DNA of 63,040 bases, counting the filler, from Octopus bimaculoides (taxonomy: Eukaryota): assembly GCF_001194135.2 (NCBI RefSeq). It is 6 parts of 6 records of this genome, joined end to end, with 100 filler letters (N's around TTAATTAATTAA, not from the genome) between each part and the next. Parts side by side here need not be neighbours in the genome. Positions count along the whole stretch, not along the records: positions 8,506 to 20,088 come from NC_068985.1; positions 20,189 to 27,623 come from NC_068984.1; positions 27,724 to 52,888 come from NC_069002.1; 3 more parts are not named here. One strand, 5' to 3'. The stretch's first letter is position 1, and each line of letters opens with the position of its first letter. The notes under the pieces were generated by a model. The model was not told the DNA's origin. It saw only the letters and a list, made by a program, of their open reading frames with translations, and did no database searches. Shown piece after piece: positions 14,242 through 51,841 of the stretch. The translations under genes and the position numbers were made by a program.

Positions 14242-15510
14242 GTATATATATAGCGAGGGTTAGGGTTAGGGTTTATAGCTCAGTGGTAAGGATGTTGTAC
14301 TCATGATTGTGATATTGTGGTTTCAATTCCTGGATAGAGCGGTGAGTTGTGTTCTTGAGCAAAACACTTCATTTCATGTTACTCTGTGATCAATTCAACA
14401 TATGACTTGTGGCACAGTTGTGTAGTTATAGAGCCAATGTCAATTTAATGGAGAGAGTGGGCTTGTGTGAACATAACCATTTAATCACTATAAACAAATT
14501 ATCTGTTCAGCAAGAAATTGTGGAACCTTCATCCATTGTCTAATGATAGGAGAGTCCAAACTATATTATGAACACAGACACACGTATACACATACACATC
14601 CTCTATCTCTTACCGGTTTCAGTCATTTGACTGTGGTCACACTTAGGAACTGCCTTAGTCGAACAAATTGACCCCAGAGCTTATTTTTTTAATTCAAGTA
14701 CTTATTGTATTAGTCTCTCTTGCTGAATCATTAAATTATAGGGATGTAAACACAGCAACACCACTTGTCAAGTGGTGACAGGGGCCACATTCACAAAGAC
14801 ATACACATATGACAGGCTTCTTTTATTTTCCATCTACCAAATCCACTCACAAGGCTTTGGTCAGCCCGAGGCTATAGTTGAAGACATTTGCCCAAGGTGT
14901 CATGCACTGAGAGTGAACCTGGAACCATGTGATGGGGAAGCAAGCTTCCTACCACAAGCCAAGAGCTGTTACCACACTGTAGATTGTTATGCTGTGGCCT
15001 CTTGATTTTCTAAGAGTATTAACAATATCTCCTTTAAACTACACCCTTACCATTTAAAGTTAGTTAAAGTTAAAGACATATCACATTGGATGATTTAATC
15101 AGCAGTAAACTGTGCTTGACAAACAGACAAGATGGTCATCAATAGAACTTATTTACTCTTGTGCATACTAGATCAGAGCTGAATTGAGAACTAAGTCAAT
15201 GATGCACAACAGTTTGTTATTTTTTTCTTTTATGTAATCTGGGACTAAATAAAACCCCAAATCATTTTTCACACAAAAACTTAATATAAAATTTTATCTA
15301 AAGTTCTATTAACATCAACCATATTTGAAAGCTTCCAACGTTAGAATTAAGTCGAAAATTAATGGAATAGTGTGATTGTTAAAAACTTTTGATCAATATG
15401 CATACATTTTCCTTAAATGTACACATGCCACATGGTTCACCATGTGCAACACAGGGATATGTATCAGTTTAATATATGTGCATGTGTGTGTATGTATATT
15501 TATGTGTGTG

Positions 15511-15562
<52 letters not shown>

Positions 15563-16085
15563 AAACAAATAATAAATGAGTATATGTACAAGTATGTGCA
15601 TACCTACATCTACCTGTATATATAGGTGCATATCTGGGTACAGGACGGGCAAACAAAACGTAGACAAAAAAAAATAATAATAACAAGAGTACAGAAAACA
15701 CACAGGCCACATAGAGAACATTTTCCTTCATTAGCTGCCACCATTCTAACACAGGCGTTTCGAAGAGTTAGGGCAGGACGCATCATTAAAATGGCTCTTC
15801 CCACGGACCACAAATAAAATTTGCATCTACAAATTAAATTTGTACCATGGAGGAATGTAGTGGCGGACAGAAAACAAGACAGGAAAACAAACGGAAAAGG
15901 CTATATGGCCAAACGTGAAAAATTGTGTATATTGAACGCTGTGAAGCAACGAACTGGATATATATATATATGTATGTTTGTGTGTGTATATATATATATA
16001 TATATATTGTATTTGGTTCTAAGTTATCAATCTAAAATACCATAAATTAATTTTTAACACCTTTGTAACTATTGGGCCACCCTGT

Positions 16086-16139
<54 letters not shown>

Positions 16140-18011
16140 GAAAAATAAGGATAAACACAAGTTTATATTACACAACTCAGCAGGCATTTTGTTGTTAGGA
16201 TGCTTTTACCTGATTCGAAGGGGTTTTGATATGCTGAATCCTAACATGGAATCCATTTTTTATCATCATGTCTAGATTTCTTGATCCGTAAACCTTCCCC
16301 CAACAATGTTTGCAATTTTCCACATATTTCAGAAAATTGTATTGTTTACACGGGAAATTTAGTACAACTGTTCATTACAACTTATATATTTTATTAGAAG
16401 TCAGGGAAAAGCATTGGGGAGAAAGTTTCCATCAGGACAAAATCAATGGAACAAAAGTATCAAGGCAGATGGGATTTGTATATGATGGCAGGCTGTGACT
16501 GTCCTGTTGTTAGTGGTTTCAGACAGAGTGTATCTAACTTTTATTTTGCGTCTTTTTTAATTTTCTGTGAGACATGTAGGATAGGTGTAGGTATGGCTAA
16601 AGGTGCAGGTATGACCATAATGTTCCAAAGTTCCCTCTGTAATCACATGGTTTCGAATTTGGTAACACATGAGAAGGCTTGGTTACAACGGTGGAGGTCA
16701 CACCCAAGATGTTGCACATAGAAAGTGAATCAGGAATCACACAGTTGTGAAGGAAACCACTTAACTACACAGTCGTGGTTGTGGCTGAGATGAACTCAGC
16801 CATGTCTGCACTCATATTTCATGCAAAACTATCTTGACCAAGAATATGTGTTTGCTGTGTTGTTTACTTCAAGTTTCTTCCATTTCCATTTTTTAATGTT
16901 CTTTCATTCCTTCTCATATTTTAGAAAATCTTGGCAGGCATCTTACAGGTATTTCCATCAAGTTTGCTAGTTGGTGTTACCAGCTCATTTGTAAGTTTTA
17001 TGCCTGGGTCATACCAAGTGTATTGCAAATCCACTATCTTCTTAGATATTTTAGATGTTCTTCTTGTGGTTCTTGTTGTATAGTGCCAGTCTTCTCAGAG
17101 GTTAACCATTCATCAGTATCCCATCTTTTTCTCAGACATTGTATATCTAACACTATATCTATGCATGTATGTATCATTTATCAGACTGCAGCCATGATGG
17201 GCACCACCCTGAGGAATTTTTGTCAAATGAATTGACACCAGTACATATTTTTTTAAACCCTGGTATTTACTCTATTGGTCTCTTTAACCAGATTACTAAG
17301 TTACAGGGGACATAAACATACCAACACCGGTTGTCAAGTGGTGATTGTGGTAGACAACAAACGCATACAAAGATGCACACATACACATGCATATATTTGA
17401 CAGGCTTCTTTCAGTTTCTTTTTTTTTTACTGCCCACAAGGGGCTACACACAGAGGGGTCAAACAAGGACAGACAAACAGATTAAGTCGATTATATCGAC
17501 CCCAGTGCGTAACTGGTACTTATTTAATCGACCCTGAAAGGATGAAAGGCAAAGTTGACCTCGGCGGGATTTGAACTCAGAGCGTAGCGGCAGACGAAAT
17601 ACCGCTATGCATTTCACCCGGCGTGCTAACGCTTCTGCCAGCTGACCGCCTTAGGCTTCTTTCAGTCTCTGACAACCAGATTCTCTCACAAAGCTTTGAT
17701 TAGCCCAGTGCTATAGTAGAAGACACTTGATGAAGGTGCCATGCAGTGGTGCTGAACCCGGAAATGTGTATTAAGGAAGCATAAATCTCACCACACAGCC
17801 ATGCCTGCACTTACAATATGTATTTATACAAAAGACAAATTGTCACAGTTGAACTCATTTGATCATAAGCCTGCTCAATGATGCCTGGCATGGTTGGGTT
17901 AGGGTTAGGGCAAACAACTCCTACTTTATATTTTCTTTTCTTTGTATTTTCAGTTTCCTTTGAACAAACCAACATTAAAAAAATTGTTTTTTCTTTATTT
18001 TCTTTCTACAG

Positions 18012-18165
18012 CATCACATTGATACTAATTACCGATGACTATTCCATCTCTGATTGCCATATTGGAAACTTTCTCAGAATTATCTTCAATGTAGTTGTTT
18101 TTTTCTGTGGTCAAGAAGATGTTGCTAATATTAAGAATCCAGAAAGATTCAAGAATGAAATTAAA
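18012..18165 (+). CDS. Candidate internal exon of an unidentified plus-strand gene
   Basis: Strong pyrimidine-rich acceptor (..ttctttctacag) and AAA|gtaagt donor; open frame ITLILITDDYSISDCHIGNFLRIIFNVVVFFCGQEDVANIKNPERFKNEIK; no family recognised. Confidence 0.35.
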
Positions 18166-19187
18166 GTAAGTCAATGTTTTATTCCTACTATTTGTTGTTA
18201 TTGCTTACTCTGTGAAAGCACATGACTTTGTGGTTTGGGTATTCAGCTCATGACCATCAGGTTGTGAGTTCAAGTCCCAACAAAGTGTTGTGTCCTTGTG
18301 CAAAACACTTTATTTCACTTTGCTCCAGTCCACTCAGCTGGCAAAAATGAGTTGTACCTGTAATTCAAAGGGTCAGCCTTGTCACATTTTGTGCCATGCT
18401 GAATCTCCCTGAGAACTACATGAAGAGTATGAGTGTCTATGGAGTACTCAGCCACTTACATGTAAATTTCAGGAGCAAACTGTTCTGCTGATCGAATCAA
18501 CTGCAACACACATCATTGTAAACAACAGAGTGCTGGGCCATTGTTTACTTTTCATATCAAATACTTCTTCTCACCTGTTTTGCTTGAAAAATGAATACTT
18601 CCTACATTTTCTATTTTGATTTCCTGACAGGTTTTATATACAAAATAAAAACAAGAAAAAAAAAGAAAGAAAGAAAAAAGTAAAATATTAACAATATTAA
18701 TTTCATTCGAGTATCAGAAATTGTGTGTAATAGAGTATCAATGACTAGGTTATAGATATATGGCAAAATAATTTGATGCTAATAACTATAAAACAGGAAT
18801 AAAGGTATAAAATCAGTGATGCATTTATTTAATATGTAGCTAATATGACCGCAACAAAATGTAACAATATTATTTTTATTTTCACTTCATTTCAAATCAT
18901 CCATTCGCTAATCATATACAAGAAAGGAATAACAACAATATTAATAAAAAGAAAAAATAATAATTGAAATCATTGTTTTACTTTGATATATTATTTTAAA
19001 TAGATTTCTCTTTTTTCTGTTCTTCTTTTAGCATCAAACATATCATTTTGTTTTGTATATTTACTTATCAAATGAAAATTTATGCGAATTACGCTAAATT
19101 ATAAACCTTATAAATATACAGAGTTGTAATTTTTATCTTCTATGTTTGTTGAATTTAAAGAGAGAAGCCATTTAAAATTTATTATAA

Positions 19188-19234
<47 letters not shown>

Positions 19235-19287
19235 TGATGATGATAAAGTAATAATAATATTGATGATAATAATAATAATAAATAATA

Positions 19288-19318
<31 letters not shown>

Positions 19319-19357
19319 TGATAATAATAATAAAGTAATATTAATAATAACAGTATC

Positions 19358-19400
<43 letters not shown>

Positions 19401-19996
19401 GCAGTAATAATAATTTATTTTAAAAAGAAGAAACCTTTTCTTTCACTGTTTGATGAATTTTTCAATTTTATTAATGATGCATATTGGAAAACCTAACCAA
19501 TATGTATGTAAGTGTATTGGAATAAATATCATTCTATGGGAGGTACAATTGATTACCTTTATGAGAAGGTTTTTAACTTTTATCTTTTTGTTTATTTATT
19601 TATTTTTGTTTTTTATATATTCACTACTGCACTGCAAATATTCAAAGCCAATTACACTCGTTTAAGTTTTGTAAAATACAGGGCTACAGCAGCCCTTTAT
19701 CTAAGCTATACCTTGCTTTAAAAAATTCCTCCTAAAAGGAGTAATTGTTTTTTGTCTGTTTGTTTTCCTTTTTTTGTTTGTTTGTTTTCGTTTTTTGTTT
19801 TTGAGATAATTAATAATATGTACAGCAAAATAGAATTTTCAGAAAAATCAAAGACGCTACTGTAAGCCATATGCCCATAAATATCCATTTTTAAATGGTA
19901 GGTATCACAGCCCATGTACCAAAGTCTTTTGACATGATTCTTACACACTATTATTTATAGCTTTTCTACTTCAAGTTTAACAATTAAACTGTTAAA

Positions 19997-20035
<39 letters not shown>

Positions 20036-20188
20036 GTGTGTGTGAGGTGAGTGTTATTAATATATGTATGTATATATAGTTGTATATTNNNNNNNNNNNN
20101 NNNNNNNNNNNNNNNNNNNNNNNNNNNNNNNNTTAATTAATTAANNNNNNNNNNNNNNNNNNNNNNNNNNNNNNNNNNNNNNNNNNNN

Positions 20189-20285
20189 ATAACACCTACA
20201 TGAACTTCTAACTTGTTGTCTCTTGAGGTCTCTGGGTGAGACTTGGATCCAACTTGTACAAATGCAAAACAAAAGTCAAACATAA
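20189..20285 (+). mobile_element. Probable 3' end of a further LINE copy
   Basis: Short unique segment ending in an A-rich tail and (TAA)n, immediately after a scaffold gap and upstream of fragment 1. Confidence 0.4.
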
Positions 20286-20363
<78 letters not shown>

Positions 20364-20364
<1 letters not shown>

Positions 20365-21840
20365 GAGACAGACAGAAGAATTTATAACCAAATAAATAGT
20401 GAAGAACGAAATAATGAAGATGAGAAAACTAATGGAGAGGAAGCTAGAAAGTTCTGGAGTAATATTTGGGATAAACCAGTCAATCATAATGGAGATGCAG
20501 TACAGTTAAAGAAAGAGAGGGAAGAAGTAGTGAGTGGGAAACAGCCAGATCTAAGACTAACTAGTGCATTAATAAGTAAAATGTCGAATTGGAAGGGCCC
20601 AGGATCAAACTTTGTTCAAGGGTACTGGCTAAAGAAATTTAGTAGTTTACATGAGAGGCTGACGGAACAACTTCAGGATTGCCTTAATGGAGGAATAATA
20701 CTAGATTGGAGGACAAGGGAGAGGTAATACTCATTATGAAAGATAAGAGCAGGAGTAATACAGCTAGCAATTATAAAGCAATCACTTGCTTATCATTAAT
20801 GTGGAAGATGTTAACAGGAATGCTTTGAGAAAGCATTTACAAGCACCTTGACAACCAGAATTTACTACCAGAAAAATAGAACGGTTCCAGGAAGAAGGCT
20901 AGAGGAGCGCATGATTTATTAGATTTAGACAAATCAGTTCTAAATGAAGTAAAATGTAGAAAGGAAAGTCTAACATTAGGATGAATAGATTATAGGAAAG
21001 CTTATGACATGATACCACACTCATAGATAAGTGAATGTTTGAGTATAGTCAGTATGGCAGACAACATAAGAGAATTAATTAGCTTCAGCATGAAGAAATG
21101 GAAAATAGATCTCTACTCATGTGACAGTCTTAGGGAAAGTTAATATTAAAAGAGGAATTTTCCAGAGGGACTCGTTGTGCCCTTTAATATTTGTCTTACG
21201 TTTGATCCCCCTCAGTTTAGCATTAAGGAAGGCAAAGGCAAGTTTATAAGTTGAGAAATAACCATTTACTCTGCAGTAACCATTTACTCTACATGGATGA
21301 TCTGAAGCTTTTTAGTAAGAATGAAAAAGAGATAAATTTCTTAATGCAGACTGTAAGACGCTTCAGCAAATATATAGGCATGGAATTTGGCATAGATAAG
21401 TGTGCAATATTCGTCATGAGAAGGAGACAGATAGTAAACAGCTAACGCATCAAATAGCCAGGCATTGAGATCATTGAAAGGAGGAGAGATTTATAAGTAT
21501 CTAGGAGTATTAGAATCTGACAGAGTACTGACTACAGAAATAAAAACGAAAATTGAGGAGTACATCAGAAGGGTAAGGAAGCTAATTAAATCAAAGCTAA
21601 TTGGAGGACTCCACCCAAGGACAGGAATAGCAAGATTATACCTACCTACGAAAAGAAGGTGGATGAGGATTAATATCAGTAGAAGGCTGTGTGGAGTTAG
21701 CTAGAGTAAATATAAACTCCTATGTAGGTAATAGTGACGAAAGTTTATTAACAACTGCTGGAGTCACAGCAAGACAGGAAATCTAGTGAAGGCTGTAAAT
21801 ACTTTTGTAGTATCATTACTTAGATATTCAGCAGCTTTAT
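20364..21840 (+). mobile_element. R4/Dong-like (RLE) non-LTR retrotransposon fragment 1, degenerate RT
   Basis: EEARKFWSNIW, WKGPGSNFVQGYWLKK, RGIFQRDSL, NHLLYMDDLKL, YKYLGVLE; stops and frameshifts; (TAA)n on both sides. Confidence 0.88.
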
Positions 21841-21858
21841 AAAATAATAATAATAATC

Positions 21859-21893
<35 letters not shown>

Positions 21894-21894
<1 letters not shown>

Positions 21895-23748
21895 GATACC
21901 TGGAAAACAGTGGGTTGCTGCCTATTGAACGGAAAGGGGGCCGAAAGAGGAACCGGGGAACGAAGAATCAACTCTTAATTGATAATCTATCAGGAACTGC
22001 AAGAGAAGACACACAAGCCTGAGCATGGCATGGGTTAACTATCGCAAAGCAAACGACAATATGATGCCACACTTCTGAATAATAAAAGCAATGAAAATGC
22101 ATGGAGTAGCAGAAAATATGAGAGCCTTGTATGGAATTGCATGAAATTCTGGAGAACGCAATTGAAAGCAGGGAAACAAGTAGTAGGAGAGGTAAAAATC
22201 GAGAGGTATCTTCCAGGGAGACAGTGAGTTCCCACTGATCTTCGTGCTGGGAATAATCCCCTTGAGTAAAATACTACAGAAAAGAAAGTCTGGGAAGAGG
22301 TAAGGGAAAACTGAACCACTTGCTATTTATAGACGACCTGAAGCTGTTCACAAAATCTGACGCACAACTGGACAGCCTAGTCCAGTCTGTGCAGATTTTT
22401 TCCAATGATACTAAGTTGGAGTCTGCACTCTCAAAATGTGTCACGATGGTGATGAGATGAGAAAAACTTTTCAGAACAGAAGACATTTGTTTTCCAAGTG
22501 GTGAAATGATGAAGGCAATTCAACCTCATTATAGCTATAAATACTTGTGAATACTTGAAGCAGATGGAATCAAACACAATGACATAAAAGAAAAGACAAA
22601 AAAAAAAAGAAAGAAAAAAGAGCACCTGCGGCGAATGAGAAGAATATTGGCTTCAAAGCTAAATGCCAGAACCATAATTTCGCGCAATACACTCGCGCGC
22701 AATCGCAGTAGTTCGGTATGACGCTGGAATTCTGAAGTAGACGTAGGAGGAATTAAAGGAGATGGACAGGAAGTCAAAAAAGCTTCTAACGATGCATGTG
22801 CCCATCAGCCACGTGCTGACGCTGATCCCTTTACATGAAGAGAGCAAATGGCTGAAAGAGGCTGATAGGTGTGGAAGAATGCATGCGTATCGAACTCAAG
22901 AGCATAATGAGATACCGAGCCCAAAGTAAGGAAACCTTGCGAGTGAAACTTAGGAACGAGGGAGTATTGAAAGAAGCGAAAAAAGGAAAAACAAAGGAAG
23001 AAGTGCAAAAAGGACACGAAGAAGAATTACGCAAGAAGAGACTACACAATCAATTCCATGTAGCCACAACAGAAGTTGCTGGGAAAAATAGGTGGGATTG
23101 GCTGATGAAAGGAACACTAAAGAAAGAGACCGAAAGCACTATACTGACAGCGCAAGACCAAGCTTTGGCCACAAACTGGAGGGTCAACCATATGAATGAG
23201 CAAGTGTCTCCGCTGTGCCGCATCTGCAATAGAATGGATGAAACCATTGCCCATATCACGACCGAATGCCCTAGACTTGTCCAAAACCGCTACAAGTTGT
23301 GGCGACACGACCAGGTAGCAAAAGTGCTACATTGGAAACTGTGCGGAAAGTGGAGGCTAGTGAGAGGCAAGACGTGGTATGAGCACAAACGGCAGAGTGG
23401 CAGAGTCGGAGACTAGCAAAATCCTCTGGGATTTCGCAATTGAAACAGATCAGGAGCTTGAGCATAACAGCCCAGAAATGGAAAATGAAGAAGGTGAAGA
23501 CAGTGCCAATTATTGTTGGATCCTTGGGAACAGTATCAGAAGGTATCAAGGGGTATATAAAGGAAATTGGAATAGAGTGTCCAGTAGAACTGTTACAAAA
23601 GGTTTGCCTCCTTAGCACGGCCAGAATAATCAGAAAAGTATTTGATCGCTGAAAAGAATGGATAACATGGTACTGTAGGCTGCGGATAGCAAGCCCGCTA
23701 CGCATGTAAGATTCCATGAGCTCCAATAAAACCTGTGATAAAGAAAAA
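21894..23748 (+). mobile_element. R4/Dong-like (RLE) LINE fragment 2, 5'-truncated, with 3' end
   Basis: NHLLFIDDLKLF; CRICNRMDETIAHITTEC..RHDQVAKVLHW (CCHC knuckle); ILWDF; VPIIVGSLG; followed by (TAG)n(TAA)n. Confidence 0.88.
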
Positions 23749-26056
<2,308 letters not shown>

Positions 26057-26078
26057 TAGTACTTATGATCCTTTCCAG

Positions 26079-26464
26079 GCTATTAAAGCATGGAAGAATA
26101 AACAGCCAAAGTTATTTTCAGATTGCAGATCTGGTTCTAATACTTATAAGAGAGTGGATTCCGCTAAGGACACGTAACCAGGCATTGACAGAATAAGTCT
26201 ACCACGGTATTTCACATAGTTTCGACCATTTCTCCAAGTAAACAACTGAAGGGACTGGATATACCATAACCTAAGAAGTAATTTCCTAATATGTCTGATA
26301 TTCCTAAAATCTTTCATATCTTTTGAATGTGTAAGCTGCAAGGAAAAAGTAATTTGTTATTTAGGATTTCTGTGCTCACAAGCATACATACAAAAAGGAT
26401 GGACGAAGCAACAATTAAAGATGAATTCGAGTTCATTATGAATGCCTGCAATACATATCAATAG
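26079..26464 (+). CDS. Candidate last two exons (26079-26173, 26365-26464) of an unidentified plus-strand gene
   Basis: cag|AIKAWKNKQPKLFSDCRSGSNTYKRVDSAKD-T|..ag|ISVLTSIHTKRMDEATIKDEFEFIMNACNTYQ*; phases match; AATAAA at 26467-26472. Confidence 0.25.
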
Positions 26465-27299
26465 AGAATAAAATATTGATTTCAAATTTTGGCACAAGGC
26501 CAGCAATTTCGGGAGGAAGTAAGTCGATTACATCGACCCCAATGTTCAACTGGTACTGAATGTTCAATGAACCCGAAAGGATGAAAGGCAGAATCGACCT
26601 CAGCAAATTTTGAACTCAGAACACGAAGACAGACGAAATACCGCTAAGCATTTTCCCCGGTGTGCTAGCGATTCTGCTAACTCGCCGCCTTAATGGGGTA
26701 TAAGATATAGAAAACATTCTGATCCTAACAGCTAAATTATATATTCAAACTATTAGATAATAAAGATGAGCAAATAGTGTCGAGGGAATATTGGTGAATG
26801 ACGTGGAAGAATAAGTGTTCAAAAGACCAAGTTGAGCAGAATCTAGTGGTCGCTGGGGAGGTAGAGGGATTCAATTTGTTGAAGGAGGTGATTGTTAACA
26901 GTCGTTTCTATTATTACTGAAGTGTTGGTACTTGGCAGGGTCAGAAAGGCTGCCTTTCTCGGGGTCAGACACTTTAGCATATTTCCAAAGATCAATATAT
27001 ATATTTTCACAAAAACGTAAGAGTCTAGCGAAGATATATGCTCCGCACTACCGCTTGACAACCGGTGTTAGAATGTTTACGTTCCCGCAACTTAGCAGTG
27101 CGACAAAAGAATATAGAGTATGTACCAGGTTTACAAAAACTATGTATTGAAATCGATTCATTCGAGTGGAAATTTTTCAAGCTGGTACCCCAGCATAACC
27201 GCAGTCAAATGACTAAGACAAGTAAAAGATAAAAGACAAAAGAATATTATTTACATTATTTACATTTGACGGATATTTGTCCTCATCTTCTTTGTTGTT

Positions 27300-27345
27300 A
27301 ACACAACGTTTCGGCTGATATACCCTCCAGCCTTCATCAGATGTC
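27300..27345 (-). ncRNA. Minimal type-I hammerhead ribozyme motif (Penelope-like element type)
   Basis: GACAU CUGAUGA A GGCUG-gaggguauau-CAGCC GAA ACGU U GUGUU: intact core, 5-bp stem II, palindromic ACGU helix III, GUU triplet, 5-bp stem I (two G-U). Confidence 0.7.
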
Positions 27346-27358
27346 TTGGTATTTTTCG

Positions 27359-27415
<57 letters not shown>

Positions 27416-27623
27416 GCTGACAAAGGGTTGGACTATATCCGAGTAAGTAATACTCATTGAAATTTATCTCTATTTTTACAAATATAATGATGTATTTTAA
27501 CTTGATACCTCCACTACCCGCACAGCGATCGTAAACACACGTGTTACATCAAAACCAGACCATCTCCGAACCCCAAAACACCATGTACAAAAAAATTACA
27601 AACATATTAAATAACACCGGTAT

Positions 27624-27723
27624 NNNNNNNNNNNNNNNNNNNNNNNNNNNNNNNNNNNNNNNNNNNNTTAATTAATTAANNNNNNNNNNNNNNNNNNNNN
27701 NNNNNNNNNNNNNNNNNNNNNNN
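27624..27723. other. Artificial scaffold join (44 N + TTAATTAATTAA + 44 N); same at 8406-8505, 20089-20188, 52889-52988, 60829-60928
   Basis: Identical 100-bp structure five times; the 12-mer encodes stops in all six frames. Confidence 0.95.
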
Positions 27724-28056
27724 ATATATATATATATATATATATACATTGGGCTTCTTTCAGTTTCCATCTACTTAAATTCACTCACAAGGCTTCGGTC
27801 AGCCCAAAGCTAAAGTGGAAAACACTTGCCCAAGGTGTCATGCAGTGGGACTGAACCCGGAACCATGTGGTTGTTAAGCAAGCTACTTACCACACAGCCA
27901 CTTCTGCACCTAATACTACATCTAAAGAACATTAAACTTGCATGAATTTCTAAGAAACATAAAAAAAAAAACCTACTTCTATTGCCAAAATCTGTTAGAA
28001 GAAAGTTGAATAAAGCTTGTAAATAAAATAATCAAAAAAATTAATGGCTAACCAAC

Positions 28057-49435
<21,379 letters not shown>

Positions 49436-51516
49436 CTGGGGTGAAAAAAATAAAAGAAAAAGATCAAATACAATAATGAAGATAACATGGCAAATCCATT
49501 CTGGAATGAAAGACTAGCAAATGTTCGGTGAACAAGAACATGGAGAATGTTAGGTATATTAGTCTAAATCTAAAAAATTATAAGAAAGAATGTGGCACAA
49601 GCATAGCTGTGTGGTTAAGAAGTGTGCTTCCACCTAGCCATGTGGTTTGGGTTCAGTTCCACTGCATGACACCCTGGGCAGGGTTTTTCTACTGTAACCC
49701 CACACCAACCAAAACCTTGTGAGTGGATCTGGTAGACAGAAACTGCTGAAAGAAGCCCATCACACATGTACAAGCATGTATATATGTATGTGTGTGTTTG
49801 TGTTTGTTTACATACTCGTAACTTAGTGGTTCAGTAGAAGAGACTGATAGAATAAGTATAAGTCTTTAAAAAAATAAGCACAAGGGATGATTCGTTCAAC
49901 TAAACCCTTTAAGGTGGTGGCCCAGCATGGCTGCAGTCCTTAGGAAATGAACTCTTTTGCCGAGAAAAGGATTATCAGAGGCAAATAATATCTTAAATCT
50001 GAATGGTGATGATGATGATCATCATCATTTCAGGTACTTTTTCCATGGCACCCTGCGGGGTGTCCACTCTGCGGGGTGTCCACTCTGCAGGGTGGTTGGT
50101 GTTAGGAAAGGTATCCAGCTATGTAAACCACGCCAAAACAGACACAGAAGTCTGGTGCAGTCTTCTGTCTGGCCAGCTCCTGTCAAACCATCCAACCCAT
50201 GCCAGCATGGAAGGCAGACGTTAAATGATGATGATGATGGCAGACTGAAAACAAACATCATTGCTGGTACGATGGTGATGACCACTTACAACCATCACAT
50301 AATGTCAAGACAAAGGTACACACACAAACACACACACAATGGGCTTCTTCCAGTTTCCATCTACCAAATGCATTCACAAGGCTTTGATCAGCCTAGGGCT
50401 ATAGAGGAAGACACTTGTCCACACTAAGAACCATGCAGTGGGACATTATTTGATCAAGAAAGAGAGAGAGAGAGAGAGAGATACAATGGGCTTCTTTCAT
50501 TTCCGTCTACCAAATCCACTCACAAGATATTGGTCGGCCGAAGGCTATAGAAGATACATGCCCAAGGTTCCACACAGTGGGACTGAACCTGGAACCATGT
50601 GGTTGATATATGTGAAAGTGTATATATGTATACATCTATATATACATTTGTGTGTAACATTGTCTGGGCATCACGTGATCATTGTAAAACAGCCATCACT
50701 GTCATACAGTCAAGGTTGTCTGTTTCCAGTCTTCAGTGAAAATCATGTCTGCCCAAGCAGAAATACAACCTTACTTAGAAACAGGTGAGGGTTAGCAGCA
50801 GGAAGGGCATCCAGCCATAGAAAAACCTGCCTCAACAAATTCCATGTAACCCATGGAAACATGAGAAAATGGACGTTCAAATAGATGATGATGATGATAG
50901 ACATATGTTTCATTAAACAAAGATGTTTAGAAGAGAAATGGTTGACATGAAACTGCTACAATGACAACAATAAATCATTCACATCTTCCTAGCAATACTG
51001 TACAAAATAAACTTTTATAGGTTCATAAAACAAAAACGATACGCATTTTTTTTTTTAAAAACAAAGTAATTAATAGCAACAGAGATGACAAGGGAACAAG
51101 ACTTCTGATAGTTTGCTGTGCTAGAGAAGACGTGTAAAGCTAATTAAAATCATGGCTGTCTTTATACATACAGGCATCTCAAAATATTCTATCTGTTTTA
51201 AGTTCAAACTGGCCAGATCTGACATCTCACACCTACCCTACAATGTCGTTTTGAACATAATCGCATCATTGAAATCTCAAGGTTACAAGATAAAGCATGA
51301 TTAATTCAACACATTCGACAGAATAATTTGACTGCTAAAGGATTAATGTCCATTTTTTCATGCTTGCATGGGTCAGATCGAATTTGCTGCGGCAGATTTT
51401 CTACGGATGGATGCCCTTTCTGTCACCAACCATCACCTGTTTCTATGTGAGGTAATGTTTCCCCATGAACAGACAAGTTTTTCGAGGAAGAAAAAGAAAC
51501 AAGTAATATTGCTTAA

Positions 51517-51736
51517 CCCTTTAGCACTCAGATTTCTTTATCAAAGGTAATACTTATTAATTCACATGGTTTTGAATTAATCTTGCATTATCTTGTAGCT
51601 TCAAGATTTCAATTGTGTGTTTGTATATTCTTAGAATGACATTGTGGGTTAAGCATGAGAGGTGGGATCTGGTCAGTTTTAACATAAAACAAGTAGAATA
51701 TTTGGGCCGTATATGTCCGGATTAAATGCCAAAGGG
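51517..51736. mobile_element. piggyBac-like MITE copy 3
   Basis: TTAA|CCCTTTAGCA ... TGCCAAAGGG|ATAA; same family. Confidence 0.8.
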
Positions 51737-51841
51737 ATAAATCACACTTTGAAGTATAAAAAACAATGGAAGGGACGCGTTAGACACCCCTAAAAAAATT
51801 TAACTGGAATGCCTTTGGTCACAATCTGCTCCATCAAGGTT

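Noticed and set aside
14266-14282. (TTAGGG)-like repeats here and near 17895
   Set aside because: Only 2-3 units, expected by chance in such repeat-rich DNA; not an interstitial telomere.
14285-14335. tRNA-like heads (A/B boxes) here and in other SINEs as tRNA genes
   Set aside because: No complete cloverleaf; each continues into SINE core sequence.
15730-15800. GAAGAG..CTCTTC-GAAACG motif (-) resembling a Penelope-like terminal hammerhead
   Set aside because: No CUGANGA core and no NUH triplet; at most a dead relic. The same applies to ~1530-1560 (-).
26144-26440. Small secreted-peptide model on the minus strand (MNSNSSLIVASSILF|LTHSKDMK..)
   Set aside because: Needs a 56-nt intron, has no recognisable homology, and overlaps an equally weak plus-strand model.
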